Source of the DNA: Eledone cirrhosa
Lineage: Eukaryota
Reading direction: 5' to 3'
DNA length: 64,000 nucleotides
NCBI GenBank assembly: GCA_964016885.1
Contig: OZ024742.1
Span: 378,200,001-378,264,000 of the forward strand
Shown: piece by piece, positions 1-14,353 of the stretch
How the letters are laid out: each line of letters opens with the position of its first letter
How positions within the stretch are numbered: position 1 is the first letter of the stretch
Made by a program: the position numbers and the translations under genes
Notes under the pieces: model-generated
What the model was told of the DNA's origin: nothing
The model's database searches: none
Seen by the model: the letters and a program-made list of their open reading frames with translations, nothing else

Positions 1-3000
1 ACTTGAGAACAAATAGTGCCAAAGTGTTTCTGGAAAGTCACCACAAGAACATAGAGGTGAATCTCTACAACTTGAGAACAAATAGTGCCAAAGTGTTTCT
101 AGAAAGTCACCACAAAAACATAGAGGGGAATCTCTACAACTTGAGAACAAATAGTGCCAAAGTGTTTCTAGAAAGTCACAACAAGAACATAGAGGTGAAT
201 CTCTACAACTTGAGAACAAATAGTGCCAAAGTTTTTCTGGAAAGTCACAACAAGAACATAGAGGTGAATCTCTAAAGCTTGAGAACAAATAGTGCCAAAG
301 TGTTTCTGGAAAGTCACAACAAGAACATATAGGGGAATCTCTACAACTTGAGAACAAATAGTGCCAAAGTGTTTCTAGAAAGTCACAACAAGAACATAGA
401 GGTGAATCTCTACAACTTGAGAACAAATAGTGCCAAAGTGTTTCTAGAAAGTCACAACAAGAACATAGAAGGGAATCTCTACAACTTGAGAACAAATAGT
501 GCCAAAGTGTTTCTAGAAAGTCACCACAAGAACATAGAGGTGAATCTCTACAATTTGATAACAAATAGTGCCAAAGTGTTTCTGGAAAGTCACAACAAGA
601 ACGTAGAGGTGAATCTCTACAACTTGAGAACAAATAGTGCCAAAGTGTTTCTAGAAACTCACCACAAGAAAATAGAGACGAATCTTTACAACTTGAGAAT
701 AAATAGTGCCAAAGTTTTTCTGGAAAGTCACAACCAGAACATAGAGGGGAAACTCTACAACTTGAGAACAAATAGTGCCAAAGTGTTTCTGGAAAGTCAC
801 AACAAGAGAATAGATGTGAATCTCTACAACTTGATAACAAATAGTGCCAAAGTGTTTCTGGAAAGTCACAACAAGAACATAGAGCTGAATCTCTACAACT
901 TGAAAACAAATAGTGCCAAAGTGTTTCTAGAAAGTCACAACAAGAACATTGAGTGGAATCTCTACAACTTGAGAACAAATACTGCCAAAGTGTTTCTGGA
1001 AAGTTACAACAAGAACATAGAGGGGAATCTCTACAACTTGAGAACAAATAGTGCCAAAGTGTTTCTGGAAAGTCACCACAAGAACATAGAGGTGAATCTC
1101 TACAACTTGAGAACAAATAGTGCCAAGGTGTTTCTAGAAAGTCACCACAAGAACATAGAGGGGTATCTCTACAACTTGAGAACAAATAGTGCCAAAGTGT
1201 TTCTAGAAAGTCACCACAAGAACATAGAGGGAAATCTCTACAACTTGAGAACAAATAGTGCCAAAGTTTTTCTAGAAAGTCACAACAAGAACATAGAGTG
1301 GAATCTCTACAACTTGAGAACAAATAGTGCCAAAGTGTTTCTGGAAAGTTACAACAAGAACATAGAGGTGAATCTCTACAACTTGAGAACAAATAGTGCC
1401 AAAGTGTATCTGGAAAGTTACAACAAGAACATAGAGGGGAATCTCTACAACTTGAGAACAAATAGTGCCAAAGTGTTTCTGGAAAGTCACCACAAGAACA
1501 TAGAGGTGAATCTCTACAACTTGAGAACAAATAGTGCCAAAGTGTTTCTAGAAAGTCACCACAAGAACATAGAGGGGAATCTCTACAAGTTGAGAACAAA
1601 TAGTGCCAAAGTGTTTCTAGAAAGTCACAACAAGAACATAGAGGTGAATCTCTACAACTTGAGAACAAATAGTGCCAAAGTTTTTCTGGAAAGTCACAAC
1701 AAGAACATAGAGGTGAATCTCTAAAGCTTGAGAACAAATAGTGCCAAAGTGTTTCTGGAAAGTCACAACAAGAACATAGAGGGGAATCTCTACAACTTGA
1801 GAACAAATAGTGCCAAAGTGTTTCTAGAAAGTCACAACAAGAACATAGAGGTGAATCTCTACAACTTGAGAACAAATAGTGCCAAAGTGTTTCTAGAAAG
1901 TCACAACAAGAACATAGAAAGGAATCTCTACAACTTGAGAACAAATAGGGCCAAAGTGTTTCTAGAAAGTCACCACAAGAACATAGAGGTGAATCTCTAC
2001 AACTTGAGAACAAATAGTGCCAAAGTGCTTGTAGAAAGTCACAACAAGAACATAGAAGGGAGCTCTACAATTTGAGAACAAATAGTGCCAAAGTGTTTCT
2101 AGAAACTCACCACAAGAAAATAGAGACGAATCTTTACAACTTGAGAACAAATAGTGCCAAAGTTTTTCTGGAAAGTCACAACCAGAACATAGAGGGGTAA
2201 CTCTACAACTTGAGAACAAATAGTGCCAAAGTGTTTCTGGAAAGTCACAACAAGAGAATAGAGGTGAATCTCTACAACTTGAGAACAAATAGTGCCAAAG
2301 TGTTTCTGGAAAGTCACAACAAGAGAGTAGAGGTGAATCTCTAAAGCTTGAGAACAAATAGTACCAAAGTGTTTCTGGAAAGTCACAACAAGAACATAGA
2401 GGGGAATCTCTACAACTTGAGAACAAATAGTGCCAAAGTGTTTCTAGAAAGTCACAACAAGAACATAGAGGTGAATCTCTACAACTTGAGAACAAATAGT
2501 GCCAAAGTGTTTCTAGAAAGTCACAACAAGAACATAGAAGGGAATCTCTACATCTTGAGAACAAATAGTACCAAAGTGTTTCTGGAAATTCACAACAAGA
2601 ACATAGAGGGGAATCTCTACAAGCTGAGAACAAATAGTGCCAAAGTGTTTCTAGAAAGTTACAACAAGAACATAGAGGGGAATCACTACAACTTGAGAAC
2701 AAATAATGCCAAAGTGTTTCTGGAAAGTCACAAAAAGAGAATAGAGGTGAATCTCTACAACTTGAGAACAAATAGTGCCAAAGTTTTTCTGGAAAGTCAC
2801 AACAAGAGAATAGAGGTGAATCCCTACAACTTGAGAACAAATAGGGCCAAAGTGTTTCTGGAAAGTCACAACAAGAGAGTAGAGGTGAATCTCTACAACT
2901 TGAGAACAAATAGTGCCAAAGTGTTTCTGGAAAGTCACAACAAGAACATAGAGGTGAATCTCTACAACTTGAAAACAAATAGTGCCAAAGTGTTTCTAGA

Positions 3001-6000
3001 AAGTCACAACAAGAACATAGAGTGGAATCTCTACAACTTGAGAACAAATAGTGCCAAAGTGTTTCTAGAAAGTCACAACAAGAACATAGAGGGAAATCTC
3101 TACAACTTGAGAACAAATAGTGCCAAAGTGTTTCTGGAAAGTCACCACAAGAACATAGAGGTGAATCTCTACAACTTGAGAACAGATAGTGCCAAAGTGT
3201 TTCTAGAAAGTCACCACAAGAACATAGAGGGGAATCTCTACAACTTGAGAACAAATAGTGCCAAAGTGTTTCTAGAAAGTCACAACAAGAACATAGAGGT
3301 GAATCTCTACAACTTGAGAACAAATAGTGCCAAAGTGTTTCTGGAAAGTCACAACAAGAACATAGAGGTGAATCTCTAAAGCTTGAGAACAAATAGTGCC
3401 AAAGTGTTTCTGGAAAGTCACAACAAGAACATAGAGGGGAATCTCTACAACTTGAGAACAAATAGTGCCAAAGTGTTTCTAGAAAGTCACAACAAGAACA
3501 TAGAAGGGAATCTCTACAACTTGAGAACAAATAGTGCCAAAGTGTTTCTAGAAAGTTACCACAAGAACATAGAGGTGAATCTCTACAACTTGAGAACAAA
3601 TAGTGCCAAAGTGCTTGTAGAAAGTCACAACAAGAACATAGAAGGGAGCTCTACAATTTGAGAACAAATAGTGCCAAAGTGTTTCTGGAAAGTCACAACA
3701 AGAACATAGAGGTGAATCTCTACAACTTGAGAACAAATAGTGCCAAAGTGTTTCTAGAAAGTCACCTCAAGAACATAGAGGTGAATCTCTACAACTTGAG
3801 AACAAATAGTGCGAAAGTGTTTCTAGAAAGTCACAACAAGAACATAGAGGGGAATCTCTACAACTTGAGAACAAATAGTGCCACAGTATTTCTGGAAAGT
3901 TACAACAAGAACATAGAGAGGAATCTCTACAACTTGAGAACAAATAGTGCCAAAGTGTTTCTGGAAAGTCACAACAAGAGAATAGATGTGAATCTCTACA
4001 ACTTGAGAACAAATAGTGCCAACGTGTTTCTGGAAAGTCACAACAAGAGAATAGAGGTGAATCTCTACAACTTGAGAACAAATAGTGCCAAAGTGTTTCT
4101 AGAAAGTCACCACAAGAACATAGAGGTGAATCTCTAAAGCTTGAGAACAAATAGTGCCAAAGTATTTCTGGAAAGTCACAACAAGAACATAGAGACGAAT
4201 CTCTACAACTTGAGAACAAATAGTGCCAAAGTATTTCTGGAAACTCACAACCAGAACATAGAGGTGAATCTCTACAACTTCAGAACAAATAGTGCCAAAG
4301 TGTTTCTAGAAAGTCACAACAAGAACATAGAAGGGAATCTCTACAACTTGAGAACAAATAGTGCCAATTTTTTCTAGAAAGTCACCACAAGAACATAGAG
4401 GTGAATTTCTACAACTTGAGAACAAATAGTGCCAAAGTGCTTGTAGAAAGTCACAACAAGAACATAAAGGGGAATCTCTACAACTTGAGAACAAATAGTG
4501 CCAAAGTATTTCTGGAAAGTCACAACAAGAACATAGAGGGGAATCTCTACAACTTGAGAACAAATAGTGCCAACGTGTTTCTGGAAAGTCACAACAAGAG
4601 AATAGAGCTGAATCTCTACAACTTGAGAACAACTAGTGCCAAAGTATTTCTGGAAAGTCACAACAAGAGAATAGAGGTGAATCTCTACAACTTGAGAACA
4701 AATAGTACCAAAGTGTTTCTGGAAAGTCACAACAAGAACATAGAGGGGAATCTCTATAACTTGAGAACAAATAGTGCCAAAGTGTTTCTAGAAAGTCACA
4801 ACAAGAACATAGAGGGGAATCTCTACAATTTGAGAACAAATAGTCCCAAAGTGTTTCAGGAAATTCACAACAAGAACATAGAGGAGAATCTCTACAACCT
4901 GAGAACAAATAGTGCCAAAGTGTTTCTAGAAAGTTACAACAAGAACATAGAGGGGAATCACTACAACTTGAGAACAAATAGTGCCAAAGTGTTTCTGGAA
5001 AGTCACAAAAAGAGAATAGAGGTGAATCTCTACAACTTGAGAACAAATAGTGCCAAAGTGTTTCTGGAAAGTCACAACAAGAGAATAGAGGTGAATCTCT
5101 ACAACTTGAGAACAAATAGTGCCAAAGTGTTTCTGGAAAGTCACGACAAGAACATAGAGGTGAATCTCTACAACTTGAAAACAAATAGTGCCAAAGTGTT
5201 TCTAGAAAGTCACAACAAGAACATAGAGTGGAATCTCTACAACTTGAGAACAAATAGTGCCAAAGTTTTTCTAGAAAGTTACAACAAGAACATAGAGGTG
5301 AATCTCTACAACTTGAGAACAAATAGTGCCAAAGTGTTTCTGGAAAGTTACAACCAGAACATCGAGGGGAATCTCTACAACTTGAGAACAGATAGTGCCA
5401 AAGTGTTTCTGGAAAGTCACCACAAGAACATAGATGTGAATCTCTACAACTTGAGAACAAATAGTGCCAAGGTGTTTCTAGAAAGTCACCACAAGAACAT
5501 AGAGGGGAATCTCTACAACTTGAGAACAAATAGTGCCAAAGTGTTTCTAGAAAGTCACAACAAGAACATAGAGGGAAATCTCTACAACTTGAGAACAAAT
5601 AGTGCCAAAGTGTTTCTGGAAAGTCACAACAAGAACATAGAGGGGAATCTCTACAACTTGAGAACAAATAGTGCCAAAGTGTTTCTGGAAAGTCACAACA
5701 AGAACATAGAGGGAAATCTCTTCAACTTGAGAACAAATAGTCCCAAAGTGTTTCTGGAAAGTCACAACAAGAACATAGAGGTGAATCTCTACAACTTGAA
5801 AACAAATAGTACCAAAGTGTTTCTGGAAAGTCACAACAAGAACATAGAGGGGAATCTCTACAACTTGTGAACAAATAGTGCCAAAGTGTTTCTGGAAAGT
5901 CACAACAAGAACATAGAGGGGAATCTCTACAACTTGAGAACAAATAGTGCCAAAGTGTTTCTGGAAAGTCACAACAAGAACATAGAGGGGAATCTCTACA

Positions 6001-9000
6001 ACTTGAGAACAAATAGTGCCAAAGTTTTTCTGGAAAGTCACAACAAGAACATAGAGGGGAAACTCTACAACTTGAGAACAAATAGTGCCAAAGTGTTTGT
6101 AGAAAGTCACAACAAAAACATAGAGGTGAATCTCTACAACTTGAGAACAAATAGTGCCAAAGTGTTTCTAGAAAGTCACCAAAAGAACATAGAGGTGAAA
6201 CTCTACAACTTGAGAACAAATAGTGCCAAAGTGTTTCTAGAAAGTCACAACAAGAACATAGAGTGGAATCTCTACAACTTGAGAACAAATTGTGCCAAAG
6301 TATTTCTGGAAAGTCACAACAAGAACATAGAGGGGAATCTCTACAACTTGAGAACAAGTAGTGCGAAAGTGTTCCTAGAAAGTCACAACAAGAACATAGA
6401 GGGGAATCTCTACAACTTGAGAACAAATAGTGCCAAAGTGTTTCTGGAAAGTCACAACAAGAGAGTAGAGGTGAATCTCTACAACTTGAGAACAAATAGT
6501 GCCAAAGTGTTTCTGGAAAGTCACAACAAGAACATAGAGGTGAATCTCTACAACTTGAAAACAAATAGTGCCAAAGTGTTTCTAGAAAGTCACAACAAGA
6601 ACATAGAGTGGAATCTCTACAACTTGAGAACAAATAGTGCCAAAGTGTTTCTAGAAAGTCACAACAAGAACATAGAGTGGAATCTCTACAACTTGAGAAC
6701 AAATAGTGCCAAAGTATTTCTGGAAAGTCACAACAAGAACATAGAGGGGAATCTCTACAACTTGAGAACAAGTAGTGCCAAAGTGTTCCTAGAAAGTCAC
6801 AACAAGAACATAGAGGGGAATCTCTAGAACTTGAGAACAAATAGTGTCAACGTGTTTCTGGAAAGTCACAACAAGAGAATAGAGGTGAATCTCTACAACT
6901 TGTGAACAAATAGTGCCAAAGTGTTTCTGGAAAGTCACGACAAGAACATAGAGGTGAATCTCTACAACTTGAAAACAAATAGTGCCAAAGTGTTTCTAGA
7001 AAGTCACAACAAGAACATAGAGTGGAATCTCTACAACTTGAGAACAAATAGTGCCAAAGTTTTTCTAGAAAGTTACAACAAGAACATAGAGGTGAATCTC
7101 TACAACTTGAGAACAAATAGTGCCAAAGTGTTTCTGGAAAGTTACAACCAGAACATCGAGGGGAATCTCTACAACTTGAGAACAGATAGTGCCAAAGTTT
7201 TTCTGGAAAGTCACCACAAGAACATAGAGGTGAATCTCTACAACTTGAGAACAAATAGTGCCAAGGTGTTTCTAGAAAGTCACCACAAGAACATAGAGGG
7301 GAATCTCTACAACTTGAGAACAAATAGTGCCAAAGTGTTTCTAGAAAGTCACAACAAGAACATAGAGGGAAATCTCTACAACTTGAGAACAAATAGTGCC
7401 AAAGTGTTTCTGGAAAGTCACAACAAGAACATAGAGGGGAATCTCTACAACTTGAGAACAAATAGTGCCAAAGTGTTTCTGGAAAGTCACAACAAGAACA
7501 TAGAGGGAAATCTCTTCAACTTGAGAACAAATAGTCCCAAAGTGTTTCTGGAAAGTCACAACAAGAACATAGAGGTGAATCTCTACAACTTGAAAACAAA
7601 TAGTACCAAAGTGTTTCTGGAAAGTCACAACAAGAACATAGAGGGGAATCTCTACAACTTGTGAACAAATAGTGCCAAAGTGTTTCTGGAAAGTCACAAC
7701 AAGAACATAGAGGGGAATCTCTACAACTTGAGAACAAATAGTGCCAAAGTGTTTCTGGAAAGTCACAACAAGAACATAGAGGGGAATCTCTACAACTTGA
7801 GAACAAATAGTGCCAAAGTTTTTCTGGAAAGTCACAACAAGAACATAGAGGGGAAACTCTACAACTTGAGAACAAATAGTGCCAAAGTGTTTGTAGAAAG
7901 TCACAACAAAAACATAGAGGTGAATCTCTACAACTTGAGAACAAATAGTGCCAAAGTGTTTCTAGAAAGTCACCAAAAGAACATAGAGGTGAAACTCTAC
8001 AACTTGAGAACAAATAGTGCCAAAGTGTTTCTAGAAAGTCACAACAAGAACATAGAGTGGAATCTCTACAACTTGAGAACAAATTGTGCCAAAGTATTTC
8101 TGGAAAGTCACAACAAGAACATAGAGGGGAATCTCTACAACTTGAGAACAAGTAGTGCGAAAGTGTTCCTAGAAAGTCACAACAAGAACATAGAGGGGAA
8201 TCTCTACAACTTGAGAACAAATAGTGCCAAAGTGTTTCTGGAAAGTCACAACAAGAGAGTAGAGGTGAATCTCTACAACTTGAGAACAAATAGTGCCAAA
8301 GTGTTTCTGGAAAGTCACAACAAGAACATAGAGGTGAATCTCTACAACTTGAAAACAAATAGTGCCAAAGTGTTTCTAGAAAGTCACAACAAGAACATAG
8401 AGTGGAATCTCTACAACTTGAGAACAAATAGTGCCAAAGTGTTTCTAGAAAGTCACAACAAGAACATAGAGTGGAATCTCTACAACTTGAGAACAAATAG
8501 TGCCAAAGTATTTCTGGAAAGTCACAACAAGAACATAGAGGGGAATCTCTACAACTTGAGAACAAGTAGTGCCAAAGTGTTCCTAGAAAGTCACAACAAG
8601 AACATAGAGGGGAATCTCTAGAACTTGAGAACAAATAGTGTCAACGTGTTTCTGGAAAGTCACAACAAGAGAATAGAGGTGAATCTCTACAACTTGTGAA
8701 CAAATAGTGCCAAAGTGTTTCTGGAAAGTCACGACAAGAACATAGAGGTGAATCTCTACAACTTGAAAACAAATAGTGCCAAAGTGTTTCTAGAAAGTCA
8801 CAACAAGAACATAGAGTGGAATCTCTACAACTTGAGAACAAATAGTGCCAAAGTTTTTCTAGAAAGTTACAACAAGAACATAGAGGTGAATCTCTACAAC
8901 TTGAGAACAAATAGTGCCAAAGTGTTTCTGGAAAGTTACAACCAGAACATCGAGGGGAATCTCTACAACTTGAGAACAGATAGTGCCAAAGTTTTTCTGG

Positions 9001-11718
9001 AAAGTCACCACAAGAACATAGAGGTGAATCTCTACAACTTGAGAACAAATAGTGCCAAGGTGTTTCTAGAAAGTCACCACAAGAACATAGAGGGGAATCT
9101 CTACAACTTGAGAACAAATAGTGCCAAAGTGTTTCTAGAAAGTCACAACAAGAACATAGAGGGAAATCTCTACAACTTGAGAACAAATAGTGCCAAAGTG
9201 TTTCTGGAAAGTCACAACAAGAACATAGAGGGGAATCTCTACAACTTGAGAACAAATAGTGCCAAAGTGTTTCTGGAAAGTCACAACAAGAACATAGAGG
9301 GAAATCTCTTCAACTTGAGAACAAATAGTCCCAAAGTGTTTCTGGAAAGTCACAACAAGAACATAGAGGTGAATCTCTACAACTTGAAAACAAATAGTAC
9401 CAAAGTGTTTCTGGAAAGTCACAACAAGAACATAGAGGGGAATCTCTACAACTTGTGAACAAATAGTGCCAAAGTGTTTCTGGAAAGTCACAACAAGAAC
9501 ATAGAGGGGAATCTCTACAACTTGAGAACAAATAGTGCCAAAGTGTTTCTGGAAAGTCACAACAAGAACATAGAGGGGAATCTCTACAACTTGAGAACAA
9601 ATAGTGCCAAAGTTTTTCTGGAAAGTCACAACAAGAACATAGAGGGGAAACTCTACAACTTGAGAACAAATAGTGCCAAAGTGTTTGTAGAAAGTCACAA
9701 CAAAAACATAGAGGTGAATCTCTACAACTTGAGAACAAATAGTGCCAAAGTGTTTCTAGAAAGTCACCAAAAGAACATAGAGGTGAAACTCTACAACTTG
9801 AGAACAAATAGTGCCAAAGTGTTTCTAGAAAGTCACAACAAGAACATAGAGTGGAATCTCTACAACTTGAGAACAAATTGTGCCAAAGTATTTCTGGAAA
9901 GTCACAACAAGAACATAGAGGGGAATCTCTACAACTTGAGAACAAGTAGTGCGAAAGTGTTCCTAGAAAGTCACAACCAGAACATAGAGGGGAATCTCTA
10001 CAACTTGAGAACAAATAGTGCCAAAGTGTTTCTGGAAAGTCACAACAAGAGAGTAGAGGTGAATCTCTACAACTTGAGAACAAATAGTGCCAAAGTGTTT
10101 CTGGAAAGTCACAACAAGAACATAGAGGTGAATCTCTACAACTTGAAAACAAATAGTGCCAAAGTGTTTCTAGAAAGTCACAACAAGAACATAGAGTGGA
10201 ATCTCTACAACTTGAGAACAAATAGTGCCAAAGTGTTTCTAGAAAGTCACAACAAGAACATAGAGTGGAATCTCTACAACTTGAGAACAAATAGTGCCAA
10301 AGTATTTCTGGAAAGTCACAACAAGAACATAGAGGGGCATCTCTACAACTTGAGAACAAGTAGTGCGAAAGTGTTCCTAGAAAGTCACAACAAGAACATA
10401 GAGGGGAATCTCTACAACTTGAGAACAAATAGTGTCAACGTGTTTCTGGAAAGTCACAACAAGAGAATAGAGGTGAATCTCTACAACTTGAGAACAAATA
10501 GTGCCAAAGTGTTTCTGGAAAGTCACAAAAAGAGAATAGAGGTGAATCTCTACAACTTGAGAACAAATAGTGCCAAAGTGTTTCTGGAAAGTCACAACAA
10601 GAGAATAGAGGGGAATCTCTACAACTTGAGAACAAATAGTGCCAAAGTGTTTCTGGAAAGTCACAACAAGAGAGTAGAGGTGAATCTCTACAACTTGAGA
10701 ACAAATAGTGCCAAAGTGTTTATGGAAAGTCACGACAAGAACATAGAGGTGAATCTCTACAACTTGAAAACAAATAGTGCCAAAGTGTTTCTAGAAAGTC
10801 ACAACAAGAACATAGAGTGGAATCTCTACAACTTGAGAACAAATAGTGCCAAAGTGTTTCTAGAAAGTTACAACAAGAACATAGAGGTGTATCTCTACAA
10901 CTTGAGAACAAATAGTGCCAAAGTGTTTCTGGAAAGTCACAACAAGAACATAGAGGGGAATCTCTACAACCTGAGAACAAATAGTGCCAAAGTGTTTCTG
11001 GAAAGTCACAAGAACATAGAGGGAAATCTCTACAACTTGAGAACAAATAGTGCCAAAGTGTTTCTAGAAAGTCACAACAAGAACATAGAGGTGAATCTCT
11101 ACAACTTGAGAACAAATAGTGCCAAAGTGTTTCTGGAAAATCACAACAAGAACATAGACGTGAATCTCTAAAGCTTGAGAACAAATAGTGCTAAAGTATT
11201 TCTGGAAAGTCACAACAAGAACATAGAGACGAATCTCTACAACTTGAGAACAAATAGTGCCAAAGTGTTTCTGGAAAGTTACAACAAGAACATAGAGGTG
11301 AATCTCTACAACTTGAGAACAAATAGTGCCAAAGTGTTTCTAGAAAGTCACAACAAGAACATAGAAGGGAATCTCTACAACTTGAGAACAAATAGTGCCA
11401 AAGTGTTTCTAGAAAGTCACCACAAGAACATAGAAGGGAATCTCTACAACTTGAGAACAAATAGTGCCAAAGTGTTTCTGGAAAGTCACAACAAGAACAT
11501 AGAGGTGAATCTCTACAACTTGAGAACAAATAGTGCCAAAGTGTTTCTAGAAAGTCACCACAAGAAAATAGAGACGAATCTTTACAACTTGAGAACAAAT
11601 AGTGCCAAAGTTTTTCTGGAAAGTCACAAGAACATAGAGGGGAATCTCTACAACTTGAGAACAAATAGTGCCAAAGTGTTTCTGGAAAGTCACAACAAGA
11701 ATATAGAGGGGAATCTCC
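1..11718. repeat. 69-bp tandem satellite, about 170 copies, running off the left edge
   Basis: Unit ACTTGAGAACAAATAGTGCCAAAGTGTTTCT(G/A)GAAAGTCACAACAAGAACATAGAGG(T/G)GAATCTCTACA repeats continuously and ends abruptly at ...GGGAATCTCCATCTCC near 11718. Confidence 0.98.
5105..10490. repeat. Higher-order repeat of the 69-bp satellite: about 3 x 1794 bp (26 monomers each)
   Basis: Diagnostic variants recur every 1794 bp: CACGACAAG at ~5142/6936/8730 and CTTGTGAAC at ~5864/7658/9452. Identical ORF translations start at 5547/7341/9135. Confidence 0.92.
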
Positions 11719-12029
11719 ATCTCCTGTCCTGTATAGAATGTAGTTCAAAGGTATATGTCCAATTCGATGCCAGCATAGACCTTTTTGCATTACTCAATAA
11801 TCGATGCTTTGAATGTTCAGTGTTTTTGGTGAAATATCTTCCTGTGTTTCATCATTCCCAGGTCACCTTTTCTTATAGGGATGGTTTCTCTTTTCATTCT
11901 CACTATTTCTGATCATTTCTATTTCCAGATGTTTATATAAGTTCTTATTAATAATAAGTGGCGTTGAATTGACAGAGTCGTTAGAACATCCGATAGTAAG
12001 CTTTGTGGTCTTGGTTTCGACTCTCTTCT

Positions 12030-12112
12030 CTCTGAGTTCTAATCCCGCCGAGGTCAACTTTGCATTTCAGCCTTTCGTAGTTGATAAAAATGTATCAGTC
12101 TAATCCTGGGTT
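12030..12112 (+). mobile_element. Degenerate SINE fragment (main SINE family of this window)
   Basis: CTGAGTTCTAATCCCGCCGAGGTCAACTTTGCATTTCAGCCTTTCG matches the B-box and body of the SINE at 31317. Confidence 0.75.
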
Positions 12113-12942
12113 CCATTCTTACTCTATATCTCTTCCCCCCTCTCTCTCCATCTCTCTGTGGAAGAAATTGACTGTCTTCAGACATGGGGTCAGGGTGGGT
12201 TTCGTTAGGTATTACAGGTCTATACATACATATAAGTTCTTATAAGTTATAAATTTTCCATTTCTTTTAGGAATACATTATCGTCTGTTGGAACTGAAAC
12301 TTTGATTAGGAGGCATTGCCTTTATTGGTTAACCTTGACAACAATATAACGTTCGTTAGCATTGGTATCCAGGATTGTGTGAAATCAATATGTCCCAAAG
12401 TAAAGTAATATCTCAAGAAAAAAATAACTCTTTGGTTTCAACTTCGAGTCATAGCAGAATTTTTTTTTTTCGTTATCAATTTTTCCTTCGCGCAGTCTTT
12501 GTGGGTGCTAAAAACCTGACATTTTGTAAAGCAATTTTCAAATTAAAATTTTATCTTTGAATAGTATTTGTTGTTCGTTGAACTGCCTCACGGCTGTCTG
12601 TAACTTCAGCGTCTGTTTTGTATTTGTTGGCTTCCATAATGGCGGAAAACATATTTGTATTGTGTTCGTATTATATATTGACAATATTTAACGCTTTAAT
12701 TGTTATATTTTCATTGTTTCCATTAGTTTTCGTTCATTGCTTGGATTTTATAAAACCTTCCTGACATTTAGAAAGCAATTTTAATATTTCCTTTCTTATT
12801 ATTTGATAATTTGATCATATATCTTCTGAAATTAGGTAGTTTGTTATGCTAAGAAGTTACTTTTAAATTTAGTTGTCCTTATGTATTTTAGTGGTCTCGT
12901 TTGGGATGGACAGCAGAATACATCGTCACATGTATATATATA

Positions 12943-13713
12943 TTTCTGTTCTGCTGGTCATTCTTCCCTACATGTTTCAGTCCTGGGTGTCCTTTTACAC
13001 CATGGATCACAGGCCTCGCGCACCAGGACTGAACAAAGTCTGATTCGCCGCCTTGGGTCCTATTACCCTCTTAGACTCAACTCACCTCCCCAAATTCTCT
13101 AATACCCCGTCCATTATCACACCCCTAGATTCCTATCGCTTTCTCTTTTCATTAGCGGCTCCTCTTACAACTAATACATGCCTACTATATATGCTCACTC
13201 CACTTCTCCCTTCACTGCTATACACACCCTTATATTAACATACTTTTGCTCATAGCTCCGTACTTACATGCACACACACTCTTTTATTCACATATATACA
13301 CACACTTTTCTTCTTAGCTTCGAACGGACGTACAATAACACACACACACACAGACACACACTCATGCTTACGCACATGCGCAAGTATAGTTTCTTTTACA
13401 AAACGTTTTATTTTCCATTTCAGGTAGACGCGCTCCATCATCCACTTTTCTAAAAAATAAATCATATACAAAACGCCAGCACCAACAGTTTTGCAAGAGA
13501 TGTCAACATGAATGGACCTATTATTTTTATCTAAAGAAATGTTTTCCAATCCCATCCCGCCCGTCCCCTCAATCTATCTTATTTCTCATTCTTTCTTCTG
13601 ATGAAGGACTAGCATCCGAAACGTTAAGACCCTCTTGCTGCTATATCAAGCGTTAACCTAATATATCCCTTCCATATACTGTACCGATTGTGTTGTTATT
13701 TCTGTTTACCTTT

Positions 13714-13717
<4 letters not shown>
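12943..13717 (+). mobile_element. Penelope-like element 3' fragment (GIY-YIG C-terminus plus 3' UTR with hammerhead)
   Basis: Translation ...GVLLHHGSQASRTRTEQSLIRRLGSYYPLRLNS resembles the PLE endonuclease end (R...EQ.LI..L....P.GLN). A hammerhead lies downstream and (TA)n flanks both sides. Confidence 0.7.
13594..13629 (+). ncRNA. Minimal type I hammerhead ribozyme
   Basis: TCTT-CTGATGA-A-GGA(CTAGCA)TCC-GAAA-C-GTT-AAGA: stem I TCTT/AAGA, stem II GGA/TCC, palindromic stem III AACGTT as in dimeric PLE hammerheads. Confidence 0.8.

Positions 13718-13779
<62 letters not shown>
13718..13779. repeat. (TA)n microsatellite
   Basis: Read directly from the sequence. Confidence 0.95.
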
Positions 13780-13783
<4 letters not shown>

Positions 13784-13997
13784 ATGAGTGAAGAATAACA
13801 TGGTCGGCTGTACAAAAAGGATTTTATTTACAGTATTAACAATTGTTTAATTGATTAGGGGAGTCTATTTAAGGTCGAGTGACGCAACTTCGAGTGATCA
13901 GTGCCCTTTAGACTCACCTGATCAATGAAACAATTGTTAATACTGCAAATAAAACCTTTTTTGTACAGCCGACCATGTTATTCTTCACTCTTTCACT
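13779..13997. repeat. Foldback inverted repeat (89-bp arms) at the 5' end of a Penelope-like element
   Basis: 13779-13867 is the reverse complement of 13909-13997 with a few mismatches. The right arm carries GAAACAATTGTT, which resembles a hammerhead 3' half. Confidence 0.9.
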
Positions 13998-14353
13998 ACT
14001 ATTACTCGAAGAATAACCTCCATGGGAATACTCGCAAACTTTCTACCTAACTAAGGAAACCTCTTGTGAGTCAAACAACGCCGCACGTTAAAACTATCCA
14101 TAGTACAGAGTACTCACAACCTCTAACTGGATTACCTAAAACGATAACTTGTTATCCCATATATATATATATCGACCAAAAGTTCATCAAGCAAACACCA
14201 ACTGGAATATAAATCCTGAACAGAGAAATTTTTTTTAACGTCAGGACAACAAAAAACCGGAAAAAGAAAAACTCCAGGAGGAAACATACCCAAAACAATT
14301 GAACTCGTAGATCCTAAAATAATTAATTTATCAGAGATCTTGACAATGAGGAA

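Noticed and set aside
1-11912. Long 23-aa-repeat ORFs (RTNSAKVFLESHNKNIEVNLYNL) that look superficially LRR-like
   Set aside because: The unit length is divisible by 3 and frames are open on both strands. Stops and 1-bp frameshifts (~2060, ~3650, ~4370) recur, and the LxxLxLxxN spacing is not met.
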